A DNA stretch of 64,000 bases from the NCBI GenBank assembly GCA_050950825.1, contig JBMNIH010000002.1, positions 384,001 through 448,000 of the forward strand, written 5' to 3'. A program made the translations under genes and the position numbers. Of this stretch, positions 1-10,140 are shown one piece after another. Numbering within the stretch: position 1 is the first letter of the stretch; each line of letters begins with the position of its first letter. A model generated the notes under the pieces. That model was given only the letters and a program-made list of their open reading frames with translations, searched no databases and had not been told where the DNA came from. The stretch is from Clostridia bacterium (GTDB lineage: Bacteria; Bacillota; Clostridia; JAAYHZ01).

Positions 1-345
1 CTTCTTGGCCGTTGCAATCAAATCGTCAACGTCGGACACTTTCTTTGCCAAAGGCTTTTCACACAATACGTTAAAGCCTCTTTCCAGAAACGCCTTCGTA
101 TAGGGAACATGCAAATAGGAAGGAGTTGCATTGACAACCAAGTCGATATCCTTTTTGTCGAAAAGAGCCGTGTGTTCGGCAAAGGTTTCGCAGCCGAACT
201 TTTCTTCCGCATTTTTACGCATATGCTCTAAAGGATCCACCACATACTTGATCTTGAAACGTTCGGTATCCTTCGACAAATGAGCGCAGTGAATGCTTAA
301 ACCGCTTCTTCCTTGCCCAATAACTGCAACATTTAACTGTTTCAT
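1..345 (-). CDS. Gfo/Idh/MocA family oxidoreductase (runs off window start)
   Basis: Not in ORF track. ATG at 345 after GGAGG; translates MKQLNVAVIGQGRSG...DIDLVVNATPSYLH...NVLCEKP (Rossmann start and EKP motif). Confidence 0.9.
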   Translation of the reverse strand, partial: MKQLNVAVIGQGRSGLSIHCAHLSKDTERFKIKYVVDPLEHMRKNAEEKFGCETFAEHTALFDKKDIDLVVNATPSYLHVPYTKAFLERGFNVLCEKPLAKKVSDVDDLIATAKK

Positions 346-467
346 AAATATACCTCCAAACTTAAGGCACATATAAGTACTTGCTAAACCCGATTATAGC
401 ATACAAGCCGTCCTGTAGATTAGACGATTGTATAAATTTATTGGAATATTGTTCAATTTATAAGGCG

Positions 468-1658
468 TTAGCCCATCCTCGAATTCACCGGGAGCAATTG
501 ATCCTTCGCAACCTTCGGGTCGGTACAAGCATGATCGTTTCTGTACTTTTCTCTCAATGCCGCGCTTTTTTCTTTGTCACGAAAATCCGGTATTTCATAG
601 GGAATATTTCCGTTTAAAATGGAACGGTATCCCAAAAGACCGGGAAGGAACATGTCCAAAGCCGTATAGACGTCGATCATTTCTTTGCCGTCTTCCGTTC
701 CTAAAATTCTTTGCAGGAAATAGTGAACGGCATAGTAATCCGCTCCGCCGTGTCCGGTTTCGTTTTGGATGGTTTGCTCGGGAATGTAGGTTTTGATTTC
801 CTTGGTGGATTCGTCGTCGTCAAATTGGATGTAAATGCGGTTTTCGTCGCCGATCCTTGCATTTTCCATAAAGCCCTTCGTACCGTATAGGGTATACCAA
901 TGTATGGCCGGTTCCCGTTTTAAAAATCCGTTGAGATTTTTTACGGTGGCTCCGTTGTCCATCTGAATGGCCAGCATGCCGGAAACCGCCATCATACAAT
1001 TGCCTTCTTTTAAATATCCCGGATTGAAATTTTCAAAGCCCACCACTCTTACAGGCCGGGTTCCGGTAATGGTCAATATGGGACCCAAGCTGTGGGTGCA
1101 ATAGAAGGTAGAGTACATGCGATTCCGCCAGTGATTCGGATCGTTTCGGGTCAATCTTTCCCAAATGGGCATGCAATTGTGAACATATTCTCCTTCCCCG
1201 TGCAAAAACTCACCTAACATACCCTGTCTGTAATATTTTTTCATTTCCATGGCATGTCTCATGTAACAACAGTTTTCGGCAAAGCCGTAAACCTTGCCGC
1301 TTTTTTCAACCGCTTCCACCAACGCCACCGCTTCGGCCATGGTTTGGACCGGCAGCAATTCGCTTAATACATGACGGCCGGAATTTAAACAGCGTATGGC
1401 ATAGGGAGCATGTTCGTTTGCGTAATTGGCCAGAATCACGGCATCCATGTCCTCTTGGAAAAAAGACTCGAAATCTTTATGCAAGCTGATTTTCATGTTT
1501 TTGGCTTCCGCAAACTTTCTGCAGTCTTCCAAAAAAGGCTCCCACATATCGCATACAGCGGTCACAACACATTCCGGATGGGCTTGAGCGGCCGCTAACA
1601 AGGAAAGTCCTCTGCGCCCTCCGAATACACCGATTTTTATTTTTTCACTCATATTCAT
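468..1658 (-). CDS. Gfo/Idh/MocA family oxidoreductase
   Basis: KIKIGVFGGRRG Rossmann start, DAVILAN..EH, GRHVLSE, AENCCY, YCTHSLGP, GHGGAD. Confidence 0.9.
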   Translation of the reverse strand: MNMSEKIKIGVFGGRRGLSLLAAAQAHPECVVTAVCDMWEPFLEDCRKFAEAKNMKISLHKDFESFFQEDMDAVILANYANEHAPYAIRCLNSGRHVLSELLPVQTMAEAVALVEAVEKSGKVYGFAENCCYMRHAMEMKKYYRQGMLGEFLHGEGEYVHNCMPIWERLTRNDPNHWRNRMYSTFYCTHSLGPILTITGTRPVRVVGFENFNPGYLKEGNCMMAVSGMLAIQMDNGATVKNLNGFLKREPAIHWYTLYGTKGFMENARIGDENRIYIQFDDDESTKEIKTYIPEQTIQNETGHGGADYYAVHYFLQRILGTEDGKEMIDVYTALDMFLPGLLGYRSILNGNIPYEIPDFRDKEKSAALREKYRNDHACTDPKVAKDQLLPVNSRMG

Positions 1659-1678
1659 ACCTCACTTACATAATCGTA

Positions 1679-2338
1679 CTAAAATTCAATCAATTCGTAA
1701 TTCAAGGCTTTGATTATTTCCACCAGCCGGTGAACGTCTTCACAAGGTGTTTTCGTAACAATCCCGCCTCTTGCCAAATCCATAATCTGATGAAAATCCG
1801 ATCCGGATAGCTGCAAAAGCCGGTTATCTATGGCATACTTTTTAGCCTGCTCGTTGGAGGAATTATGGCGGGCATTCCCGTTGAAAACCTCGATCCCGTG
1901 TAAAAGCTCTTTCGGCCGTACTTCGCAGTTTTTTCTATAAGGGTGAGCTTGAAAAATCAATATGCTTTTATCCTGTACGGATTCATTGTATTTCTCCAGG
2001 GTCATTCCCATTAAGTTTTCCGTTTCGTATAAATAATCCTCGTCAAAGCCGAAAGCTACATAATCGTTTGGATCCTCGTCAAAACGAATTTCCGCTCCTA
2101 AAAATACCCTTATGCCGTATTTTTCTCCCGCTTCTTTCGCCGCTCGATACCCTTGAAGAAAAAAATCAATGTAGTCTTTCCACCGAGGATAGACGTCTTT
2201 TTTCCAATTGTAGAAATGGTCCGTTACAATAACACCGTCGTATCCGTATTCGGCATACAGCCTTATACCTTCTTCCGCCTTGACCTTTCCGCAGGGGCTG
2301 ACTTCTTCGGTGTGAAAGTGGGTCTCGTATCTATACAT
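1679..2338 (-). CDS. PHP domain phosphoesterase
   Basis: ETHFHT, VTDH, GAEI, QAHP, IEVFNG, GSDFH motifs. Confidence 0.9.
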   Translation of the reverse strand: MYRYETHFHTEEVSPCGKVKAEEGIRLYAEYGYDGVIVTDHFYNWKKDVYPRWKDYIDFFLQGYRAAKEAGEKYGIRVFLGAEIRFDEDPNDYVAFGFDEDYLYETENLMGMTLEKYNESVQDKSILIFQAHPYRKNCEVRPKELLHGIEVFNGNARHNSSNEQAKKYAIDNRLLQLSGSDFHQIMDLARGGIVTKTPCEDVHRLVEIIKALNYELIEF

Positions 2339-2352
2339 CTTCTATACTCTCC

Positions 2353-2392
2353 AAATAAAGAAACGTCGGGGCATTGCGCCCCGCTTTATTTT
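2353..2392 (-). terminator. Probable intrinsic terminator after frr
   Basis: CGGGGC-5nt-GCCCCG stem followed by T-rich tail on minus strand. Confidence 0.55.
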
Positions 2393-2443
2393 TACGTTTA
2401 TATAATTTCACAAAGTATTTATATTGCGGATAAATACTTGTTC

Positions 2444-3001
2444 TTAGACTTCCATAATTTCGTTTTCTTTTTGCTTGAGAATGTCTTCAATTTTGGATAT
2501 GAATTTATCCGTAAGCTCTTGAATGTCTTTTTCCGTAACCTTCAAATCGTCTTCCGTGATTTCGCTGTTCTTCTGCATGGCTCTGTATTCGTCCATGGCT
2601 TCACGACGAACGTTTCTTATGGCTATTTTCGCTTCTTCGCCGTACTTTTTAACAACCTTCACAAGCTCCCGTCTTCTTTCTTCGGTCAATACGGGGAAAA
2701 CCAACCGAATTACTTTTCCGTCATTGTTTGGATTAATACCGATATCGGAGGTTTGGATGGCTTTTTCAATATCTTTTAACAAGGATGAATCCCACGGTTG
2801 GATGACAATCAGTCTCGCCTCGGGAACGGTTACGTTAGCCACCTGGTTAACGGGTGTCGGAACACCGTAGTAGTTGACCTTCACCTTTTCCAGCACGGCG
2901 GGATTGGCTCTTCCCGCTCTTAAGGTCGCAAGCTCGGAAGTCAATACCTCTACGGCTTTTTGCATTTTCGCTTCAATAGGCTTATATTCGCTTTTCGACA
3001 T
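2444..3001 (-). CDS. frr: Ribosome recycling factor
   Basis: [33 protein letters not shown]; ATG 3001 with AGGAG gives 185 aa (track start 3010); follows pyrH. Confidence 0.98.
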   Translation of the reverse strand: MSKSEYKPIEAKMQKAVEVLTSELATLRAGRANPAVLEKVKVNYYGVPTPVNQVANVTVPEARLIVIQPWDSSLLKDIEKAIQTSDIGINPNNDGKVIRLVFPVLTEERRRELVKVVKKYGEEAKIAIRNVRREAMDEYRAMQKNSEITEDDLKVTEKDIQELTDKFISKIEDILKQKENEIMEV

Positions 3002-3022
3002 GCTTATCACACTCCTGTAAGT

Positions 3023-3733
3023 CTATTTTGTTATTATGGTACCAATATGTTCTCCTTTGACAATGCGAATGATATTTTCGGGGGGATTAATACCGAAGAC
3101 CGCAACCGGTATGTTGTTTTCCATGCACAGCGATGTAGCGGACAAATCCAAAGCGGTCAGCTGATCCTTTAATACGTCCCCGTAAGGTATCTTGTCGTAT
3201 TTAACGGCATCGGGGTACTTGCCCGGATCCTTATCGTATACGCCGTCTACGTTTTTGGCACATAGCAGGATTTCCGCTTCGATTTCCGCCGCACGGAGGG
3301 CTGCCGCCGTGTCGGTGGAAAAGTACGGATTTCCGGTACCGCAAGCAAAGATCACAATCCGTCCTTTTTCCAAGTGCCGGATAGCTCTACGGCGAATATA
3401 GGGTTCGGCGATTTGCCGCATTTCTATAGCCGTTTGGACTCGTACGGGAATTCCTCGCGATTCCAATGCATCCTGCATAGCCAAGGAATTTAAGACGGTA
3501 GCCAGCATTCCCATATGATCGGCGGTCGTGCGATCCATGCCCTTGCTGCTTCTGCCTCTCCAAAAGTTTCCTCCGCCTACTACGATACCGATTTCTACGC
3601 CCATTTCATAGACTTCTTTCAATCGGTCCGAAATTTCTCCCAATATCACGGGGTCGATACCCATTCCGTTTTTGCCGGCCAACGCCTCCCCGCTGATTTT
3701 GAACATTACTCTTTTATACTTGCATTTGCTCAC
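3023..3733 (-). CDS. pyrH: UMP kinase
   Basis: [34 protein letters not shown]. Confidence 0.98.
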   Translation of the reverse strand: MSKCKYKRVMFKISGEALAGKNGMGIDPVILGEISDRLKEVYEMGVEIGIVVGGGNFWRGRSSKGMDRTTADHMGMLATVLNSLAMQDALESRGIPVRVQTAIEMRQIAEPYIRRRAIRHLEKGRIVIFACGTGNPYFSTDTAAALRAAEIEAEILLCAKNVDGVYDKDPGKYPDAVKYDKIPYGDVLKDQLTALDLSATSLCMENNIPVAVFGINPPENIIRIVKGEHIGTIITK

Positions 3734-3802
3734 TTCGTACCACCTATCTAAATCTTACAATATCCCTTTCTGATTTTCAATAACGAAAAAAATTATATTT
3801 GC

Positions 3803-3827
3803 AAAAAAAGGGACATTTGCATGTCCC
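3803..3827 (-). terminator. Intrinsic terminator after tsf
   Basis: GGGACAT-4nt-ATGTCCC stem plus T7 on minus strand. Confidence 0.75.
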
Positions 3828-3842
3828 GGTTTTTTATGAATT

Positions 3843-4496
3843 TTATTCTTTGTTGATTTGTTTTTGTACTTCTTCTGCGAAGTTTTCTTCTTTCTTTTGA
3901 AGCCCTTCTCCTCTTTCGAAGCACGCAAACCTTCTGATTTGAATGTTTTCGCCGATGCTAGCGACCTTTTCCGTTAAAATATCTTTTACGGCTTTTTCAG
4001 GATCCTTAATAAAGGGTTGTTCCAGCAAGCAGAAGTCTTTGTAGAATTTGCTGATTCTGCCTTCAACGATTTTGTCAACCACTTTTTCAGGTTTTCCTTC
4101 CTTTAACGCTTGAACGCGTAAAATGGCTTTTTCTTGTTCAATTACGGATTCGGGAACATCTTCCATACGGACGTATTGCGGTCTGCTTGCGGCAATCTGC
4201 ATAGCGATGTCTTTAGCAAAAGCACGAAATTCTTCGTTTTTCGCAGCAAAGTCCGTTTCCGTGTTGATTTCCACAAGAACACCGATTCTTCCGTCGCCGT
4301 GAATATAGGCTTCAACCACACCTTCCGAAGCAATTCTTCCGGCCTTCTTTGCGGCAGCCGCCAAGCCCTTTTCACGTAAAATCTTCTTTGCTTTTTCCAT
4401 GTCGCCGTTGGATTCTACCAAAGCTTTTTTGCAGTCCATCATTCCGGCGCCCGTGATTTCTCTTAATTCTTTAACCAATCCTGCACTTATTGTCAT
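3843..4496 (-). CDS. tsf: Elongation factor Ts (short form)
   Basis: [32 protein letters not shown]; 217 aa. Confidence 0.98.
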   Translation of the reverse strand: MTISAGLVKELREITGAGMMDCKKALVESNGDMEKAKKILREKGLAAAAKKAGRIASEGVVEAYIHGDGRIGVLVEINTETDFAAKNEEFRAFAKDIAMQIAASRPQYVRMEDVPESVIEQEKAILRVQALKEGKPEKVVDKIVEGRISKFYKDFCLLEQPFIKDPEKAVKDILTEKVASIGENIQIRRFACFERGEGLQKKEENFAEEVQKQINKE

Positions 4497-4532
4497 GCCA
4501 ACTTCCCTCCTTTATGTTCTCTGCTTTCTTTA

Positions 4533-5393
4533 TTATTCAACTTCATCGGCAACTTCGTCCATAACGTCTTCGGCCATATCTTCAAAAGCCTCTTCCACAT
4601 CGTCCGCTTTGTCGCGGCCTTCGAGGTCTTGCATAGCCAAATCGTCAATGACGATCTTATCATCGGCATCCCCTTCGTTCGATTCGCTGCGGCTTACATC
4701 CGTCAGCTGTTCGCCTTGCTTCGCTTCCAAAACGGCATCGGCAATAACACCGGCTAAAAGCTTAATGGCGCGAATCGCGTCGTCGTTACCGGGTATGGGA
4801 TAATCCACTTCGTCCGGGTCGCAGTTGGTGTCAACAATCGCTATGATGGGGATATTCAGTTTACGAGCTTCCAACAAAGCATTGCGTTCTTTCTTCGGAT
4901 CTACGATGAATACGGCTTGGGGTATATCGTTCATATTCACGATACCGCCTAAGTTTTTCTCTAACTTTTCTTTTTCCAATCTCAAGCGGATAACTTCCTT
5001 CTTCGGAAGCAAATCGAATATACCTTCCGTTTCCATCTCTTCCAATTCGTTTAAGCGTTCGATTCTCTTCTTGATGGTTTTGAAGTTGGTCAGCATTCCG
5101 CCTAACCATCTGTTGTTCACATAGAACTCGCCGCAGCGTTCGGCTTCTTCTTTAATGGAATCCTGCGCTTGCTTCTTTGTACCGACAAAGAGCACCGTTC
5201 CACCGTTGGCAACGATTTCTCTTACGAACATGTAAGCTTCTTCGATTTTCTTTACGGTTTTTTGCAAATCGATGATGTAGATTCCGTTACGTTCGGTAAA
5301 AATGAACTCCGACATTTTCGGGTTCCATCTTCTGGTTTGATGGCCAAAGTGGACGCCCGCTTCCAATAACTGTTTCATTGAAATAACTGACAT
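4533..5393 (-). CDS. rpsB: 30S ribosomal protein S2 with acidic C-terminal tail
   Basis: [49 protein letters not shown]. Confidence 0.99.
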   Translation of the reverse strand: MSVISMKQLLEAGVHFGHQTRRWNPKMSEFIFTERNGIYIIDLQKTVKKIEEAYMFVREIVANGGTVLFVGTKKQAQDSIKEEAERCGEFYVNNRWLGGMLTNFKTIKKRIERLNELEEMETEGIFDLLPKKEVIRLRLEKEKLEKNLGGIVNMNDIPQAVFIVDPKKERNALLEARKLNIPIIAIVDTNCDPDEVDYPIPGNDDAIRAIKLLAGVIADAVLEAKQGEQLTDVSRSESNEGDADDKIVIDDLAMQDLEGRDKADDVEEAFEDMAEDVMDEVADEVE

Positions 5394-5395
5394 AA

Positions 5396-5495
5396 AAAAT
5401 CCTCCGTGTTTTAGTCTTTCACGATACTCAACTTCGCAACCGACCGAATCCTTAAGATTCGGAACACGTCTTGCGAATCCTACCGTGTGTTTTTA
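5396..5495 (-). promoter_or_regulatory. Structured rpsB 5' leader (probable S2 autoregulatory element)
   Basis: ACACACG at 5' end; nested stems TTCGCAA/TTGCGAA and CCGAATC/GATTCGG ahead of GGAGG. Confidence 0.55.
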
Positions 5496-5504
5496 ACCCG
5501 AGCA

Positions 5505-5533
5505 ATTATAGCATACTCCTACTGTTTATGCAA
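5505..5533 (-). promoter_or_regulatory. Sigma-A promoter of rpsB-tsf
   Basis: TTGCAT (5533-5528), 17 bp, TGc-TATAAT (5510-5505). Confidence 0.75.
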
Positions 5534-5576
5534 ACAATTTTTTCAAATTATTAAATGTTCCTTACACATCAAAATT

Positions 5577-6821
5577 TCAAAAATTTCGAATCAAATCCTC
5601 CAACGTATCGCGTCTACGAATCAACTGCACCGATCCGTCCGATCGGATCAGTACTTCCGCAGGACGCAGGCGGTTGTTATAATTCGAGGACATGGAATAC
5701 CCGTAGGCACCGGCATCCATTACCCCGATAATGTCCTTTTCTTGAGGCATGAATATCGTCCGTTCCTTCGCCAAGATATCTCCGGATTCGCATATATTGC
5801 CTACCACGTCCGCCGTAATCGTTTCTCCTTCGGTTACAAGCTTTCCGTTCCGATACAGCTCCAATTCGTGGTGTGCGTCGTACATGATGGGACGCGCCAG
5901 TACGTTAAATCCGATGTCCGTTCCTACATAAAAGGTTTCTCCGTTTTCCTTAATGGCATGTACGGTTCCTAAAAGCACGCTGCTTTCGGCAACAATATAG
6001 CGGCCGGGCTCGCTTCGGAACAGGATTTCTCTTCCATACTCCTTCACCCATTCCTTCAGCACATCGCCGAGCCTTTGACCGAATTCCTTCAGTTCCAAGG
6101 GAGCTTGTCCTTCTTGTTTTCGATAGGGTATACCGAATCCGCCTCCGAAATCCACAAATTCGATGGTATCGAATTGCTTTGCGATTTCCAAGGTGTTTTT
6201 CACGCTTTCCAAGTACTTGGATCCGTCCATAAACAAGGATCCGATATGTTGGTTGATGCCTTTTAAAGTCAAATTGTATTTTTTCAATATGGCTTTTACT
6301 TGGTCCAAATATTCCGTGTTGATACCGAACTTTGTCTTTTTACCGCCGGTGATCACTTTGGCATGATGTCCCGCTCCGATGCCGGGATTGATGCGGATGG
6401 CTACTTTTCCGCCGGGATTCAAACGCCCGAACATTTCTAGCTGAGACAAAGAATCCACGCTGGTATCAATGCCTCTATCAATAGCGAATTTCATTTCTTC
6501 TTCCGACACGTTATTGCTGATGTAGAAAATCTCGCAAGGCTTAAATCCGGCCTTTTCCAACACGTAAATTTCTCCCGGGGACATGGCGTCGGCATGCATG
6601 CCCTCTTCACGAGCAATTTTTAATAAAGTGAGATTCGAATTCGCTTTGATGGAATATGTAACCTTGTAGTGAGGGTAATCTACAAGCCCCACCATCTGTC
6701 TGCATCGCTCTCTAAAAATATCCTCGTTGTACACGTACAACGGGCTGCCGAAGTTTTTTAACAATTGCTCCGGCGAATTCCCTTTGTAAAAATTCGTTCT
6801 CTGTGTATAATAGATTGTCAT
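5577..6821 (-). CDS. lysA: Diaminopimelate decarboxylase
   Basis: YSIKAN (PLP Lys), KFGI, HIGS, DFGGGFG, EPGRYIV, GNICESGD, GAYG..MSSNYN; ATG 6821 after GGGAGG (track start 6872). Confidence 0.96.
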   Translation of the reverse strand: MTIYYTQRTNFYKGNSPEQLLKNFGSPLYVYNEDIFRERCRQMVGLVDYPHYKVTYSIKANSNLTLLKIAREEGMHADAMSPGEIYVLEKAGFKPCEIFYISNNVSEEEMKFAIDRGIDTSVDSLSQLEMFGRLNPGGKVAIRINPGIGAGHHAKVITGGKKTKFGINTEYLDQVKAILKKYNLTLKGINQHIGSLFMDGSKYLESVKNTLEIAKQFDTIEFVDFGGGFGIPYRKQEGQAPLELKEFGQRLGDVLKEWVKEYGREILFRSEPGRYIVAESSVLLGTVHAIKENGETFYVGTDIGFNVLARPIMYDAHHELELYRNGKLVTEGETITADVVGNICESGDILAKERTIFMPQEKDIIGVMDAGAYGYSMSSNYNNRLRPAEVLIRSDGSVQLIRRRDTLEDLIRNF

Positions 6822-7024
6822 AAAAAAGCCCTCCCTTGTTCTCACTTTCTGAAACAATATATTATACCGCATCCCGGGCTGTCAAGAAAATGTTCAATAT
6901 TCATATTGTAGAATTATGAACGATTCTTTAAAAAAGATACCCGTTTTTTTCTTTTTTTCCGGTATAATAAAAAAGGAAGATTTTTTAATTTTCAGCGGAT
7001 AAGCGAACGGGAAGGAATTTTACA

Positions 7025-9076
7025 ATGAGGACGAAAAATTTTTACATATTTTGTCTCGTCGTTATGATTCTGCTGTCCACGACGTCTTGCAGTTCACAAA
7101 CGGTACCCGTTTTAAGGGTTGCCGAATTCAATATGCCGAAAACCCATTTCAGCGTTTTGGATTTGTACGATACGAAGGAATACCCGAAACCGAAAGAGAC
7201 CGAAATCGTTGAGGAAACGGAAGAAAAGGAAATAAAGCCAAGATACAGCCCGCCTGCCGGTGAAGTGATAATCACCTTCGAAGGATCCTTTACCGAAGAG
7301 TTTTCCAATTTTGAATTTAATATTATGCAAGGCGGCGCCTATATCGACATACGCGTCTCGGGAACGGAGTGGGCTCGCGACGTAGGAAGCGACCCCGAGC
7401 TTACCCAAATCCTCATCGATTCCATCGAAGGTCCTCAGCAATGGAGAAGGCTTATTGCAACTCGCTTAAACATAGACAACATTGACCGCCTTACCGGGAA
7501 TTTGCTGCGCATTCGTATACCGGTTCCGGATTACTTCAACATCACCTCTACCGAGCATTTATCCTTTAAATTTCCTTCGGTTCTTTTGCAAGGAGTCAAG
7601 CAAGACACCATTATTGTTCGAGAAAAACTGTATATTCGAAACGGCATGGGAACGGAAGAGGATCCCTTTACCCTTCTCGAGGCAAGGGATTTAAAAGCGT
7701 TGTCGGTTTATCCCGATATGGTCTTCCGTTTGGAAAAAGACTTCGATATGGAAGGATACGAATGGGAGCCCTTCGAATTCAGAGGAACCCTTTACGGCAA
7801 CGGCAAAACCATTAAAAATTTACATATTAAAAGCGACGGCTCGAACCCTTCGGGTCTGTTTTCGGTCCTTTCCGGTACGGTAACCGACTTGAGCTTGAGC
7901 GACGTAACGGTAGAAGGCGGCAACGAAACCGGAGCCATTGCCGGAATCAATAAAGGAGTTATCAAGGGCTGCTTCGTTACGGGAACCGTAAAGGGCAATA
8001 ACAACACCGGAGGCGTTGCAGGTATTAACGAAGGAACCGTAGAAAAAACCAACGTGATTTGTTCGGTAGCGGGACAAAACAACGTAGGAGGCATCGTGGG
8101 CTCGGTTCTTTCCGGTTTGGTTCAAGGATGCTGTTCCTTTTCATCCGTAACGGGAGTAAACTCCGTCGGCGGGATCGCGGGTAGAGCCGCATACCCCGGA
8201 AAGATTTCTTCCTGCCTGATTACGGGAGGATTCATAAATTACACAGGATCCTTATCCGCCGTAGGACGGATCTGCGGGACTCCCGATAATAATACCTTGT
8301 TCAACAATGCCGGAACTCCGGAATTCGAGATTATGCCTTTAGGAAGCGTACAAAGGACGGTTGTATTCGGAGCCTCCTACGACAACAATTCCCTTTCTCA
8401 CCGCCACGGTGAAAATCTTCAATGTATTACGGAACCTACCCTTTCCATGGAAGCCGTTTGCGATACCGGAAGAAAGACGTATCCCGATACCAACGAGCTG
8501 TTCCACTACGATTTGACTTATTACGGACTGAATTTGTTGGTCAAGCTGAACAACGGCATTTGGCTGGAGGAAGAAATCAAAACTCCGGAAGGCATTAAAA
8601 TGGTAACGGATACATTGAAACAATCTTTTCGAAACGTTAAGGCCAACGCCGCCGATTTATCCATAAAACCGGAAAATATCCAAGTTCATAAAAACGTTTT
8701 GATCATACAATCGGATCCCATCAAGCAATTCCGAACCGAGGGAGATTTTTCTTTAAAAATTCAATTACCTCTGTCGGTTATCGCCACTTGGTCGAAAGAA
8801 TCCCATGTGGAAACAATCGAAGGAATCCCCTATTTAAACGTTATGGGAACGAAGGAATCTCCTTATCCCATACGAACGGAAAGAGAATTGTGGCATTTCA
8901 ACGAGGATCCCTATTCCCACTACAAACTCATGAACGACATCGTGCTGTTTGAATCGGAAACGTGGTACTGGCCTGAAAAAGTCTTCGGTTCTTTGGACTT
9001 TAACGGCAAAAGAATCATCCGTGCGGAGGACATGTTCAAAAATCCCTACACGGATGAAATTACACCCATTCCGTAA
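7025..9076 (+). CDS. Putative lipoprotein with GLUG repeats
   Basis: Signal peptide with TTSC lipobox; GMGTEEDPF and F.GTLYGNGKTIKNL; repeated GGIAG/GGVAG/GGIVG. Confidence 0.75.
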   Translation: MRTKNFYIFCLVVMILLSTTSCSSQTVPVLRVAEFNMPKTHFSVLDLYDTKEYPKPKETEIVEETEEKEIKPRYSPPAGEVIITFEGSFTEEFSNFEFNIMQGGAYIDIRVSGTEWARDVGSDPELTQILIDSIEGPQQWRRLIATRLNIDNIDRLTGNLLRIRIPVPDYFNITSTEHLSFKFPSVLLQGVKQDTIIVREKLYIRNGMGTEEDPFTLLEARDLKALSVYPDMVFRLEKDFDMEGYEWEPFEFRGTLYGNGKTIKNLHIKSDGSNPSGLFSVLSGTVTDLSLSDVTVEGGNETGAIAGINKGVIKGCFVTGTVKGNNNTGGVAGINEGTVEKTNVICSVAGQNNVGGIVGSVLSGLVQGCCSFSSVTGVNSVGGIAGRAAYPGKISSCLITGGFINYTGSLSAVGRICGTPDNNTLFNNAGTPEFEIMPLGSVQRTVVFGASYDNNSLSHRHGENLQCITEPTLSMEAVCDTGRKTYPDTNELFHYDLTYYGLNLLVKLNNGIWLEEEIKTPEGIKMVTDTLKQSFRNVKANAADLSIKPENIQVHKNVLIIQSDPIKQFRTEGDFSLKIQLPLSVIATWSKESHVETIEGIPYLNVMGTKESPYPIRTERELWHFNEDPYSHYKLMNDIVLFESETWYWPEKVFGSLDFNGKRIIRAEDMFKNPYTDEITPIP

Positions 9077-9080
9077 ACCG

Positions 9081-9425
9081 TTATTTCTTCAGCCATTCGT
9101 AGATGCCGGCGATAATTAAGAAAACGCCGAAAATTTTACGAAGGAGCCCTTCTTCCGTTACGGAAGCAAAATAGGCCCCGGCAAACGCGGCAGGCACGCC
9201 GGCAAGGACGGCAAAGCCCGTGATTTTGTAATCCACCATTTTGTTTTTAATATGGACAACCAAGGATGCCGCCGCAACCGGAAGAAAGAACAGCAAATTG
9301 ATTCCTTGCGCTTGGTGTTGAGAAAGTCCCGCAAACAACACCAGCCCCGGGATGAGAACCGTCCCTCCTCCGATGCCCATACCGCCTAAGATTCCGGATG
9401 CAAGGCCGATGAGAAATAAAGTCAT
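9081..9425 (-). CDS. TSUP (TauE/SafE) family transporter, half-size
   Basis: GGMGIGGGTVLIP, QHQAQG, hydrophobic helices. Confidence 0.85.
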   Translation of the reverse strand: MTLFLIGLASGILGGMGIGGGTVLIPGLVLFAGLSQHQAQGINLLFFLPVAAASLVVHIKNKMVDYKITGFAVLAGVPAAFAGAYFASVTEEGLLRKIFGVFLIIAGIYEWLKK

Positions 9426-9793
9426 TTATGCGCAAACATTCGGTACCCCGCATACAAAAGCAGAGTACCGAATATCTTTCTTAGCCATTTCACGGGACAT
9501 TTTTTCAGCAAATAAGCACCGGTCAGTCCTCCGAGTATCCCGCCCGGAATGACTCTAAAGGCGGAAGGAAGGTCAATGTAATCCTTTTTGAAATACACGT
9601 ACAAGCCGGCTCCGCTTAAGCAAAAGATGATAGCCACCGTGGTTGCGTGAGCCTTCTTGTCTTCCGTATCCGTTAGTCCGGCGATGAGGGGAACCGCCAG
9701 GCTTCCTCCTCCCGAACCGAAGAAACCGTTTAATATGCCGGATAAAAGGCCGATCATGAAGGATTTTGTCTTTTTAAATTTTTCCTTGTTCAC
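9422..9793 (-). CDS. TSUP (TauE/SafE) family transporter, half-size
   Basis: NGFFGSGGG, KKAHAT; 4-nt overlap with partner gene. Confidence 0.85.
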   Translation of the reverse strand: MNKEKFKKTKSFMIGLLSGILNGFFGSGGGSLAVPLIAGLTDTEDKKAHATTVAIIFCLSGAGLYVYFKKDYIDLPSAFRVIPGGILGGLTGAYLLKKCPVKWLRKIFGTLLLYAGYRMFAHK

Positions 9794-9896
9794 TTTTCCC
9801 TATCCTTTTTGATGATTTACCGGTATTAGGTTCTGTGAAAAGGACGGTTTTTATTCAAACGATCGGCATTTATCCTTGGAAATCCGTTTCTTCCGT

Positions 9897-10109
9897 TTAT
9901 CTTTGCTCGTCCGGATGGCGGGATCTATGAATCCTTTGGATTTCCTCTTCCAATTTCGCTTCTCTTATTCGTTTCTTGCGAACTTGGTAGGCAATCAAAC
10001 CGATAATACTTAATGCCCCCAACGTAATTCCCAGCCAAGGAATCTCTACCAATAAATAAATTTCGACCAAAGTAAATAATAATACATAGATACCGATTCT
10101 TTTATCCAT
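9897..10109 (-). CDS. Small membrane protein
   Basis: GAGGTG RBS; two hydrophobic helices and a charged tail. Confidence 0.65.
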   Translation of the reverse strand: MDKRIGIYVLLFTLVEIYLLVEIPWLGITLGALSIIGLIAYQVRKKRIREAKLEEEIQRIHRSRHPDEQR

Positions 10110-10140
10110 TGTATCACCTCACCGGATCGTTCCTTATATT

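Noticed and set aside
3843-4496. EF-Ts is only 217 aa
   Set aside because: The short form is an established variant, not a truncation.
9081-9793. TSUP transporter split into two genes
   Set aside because: Paired half-size genes with a clean 4-nt overlap are common in Clostridia.
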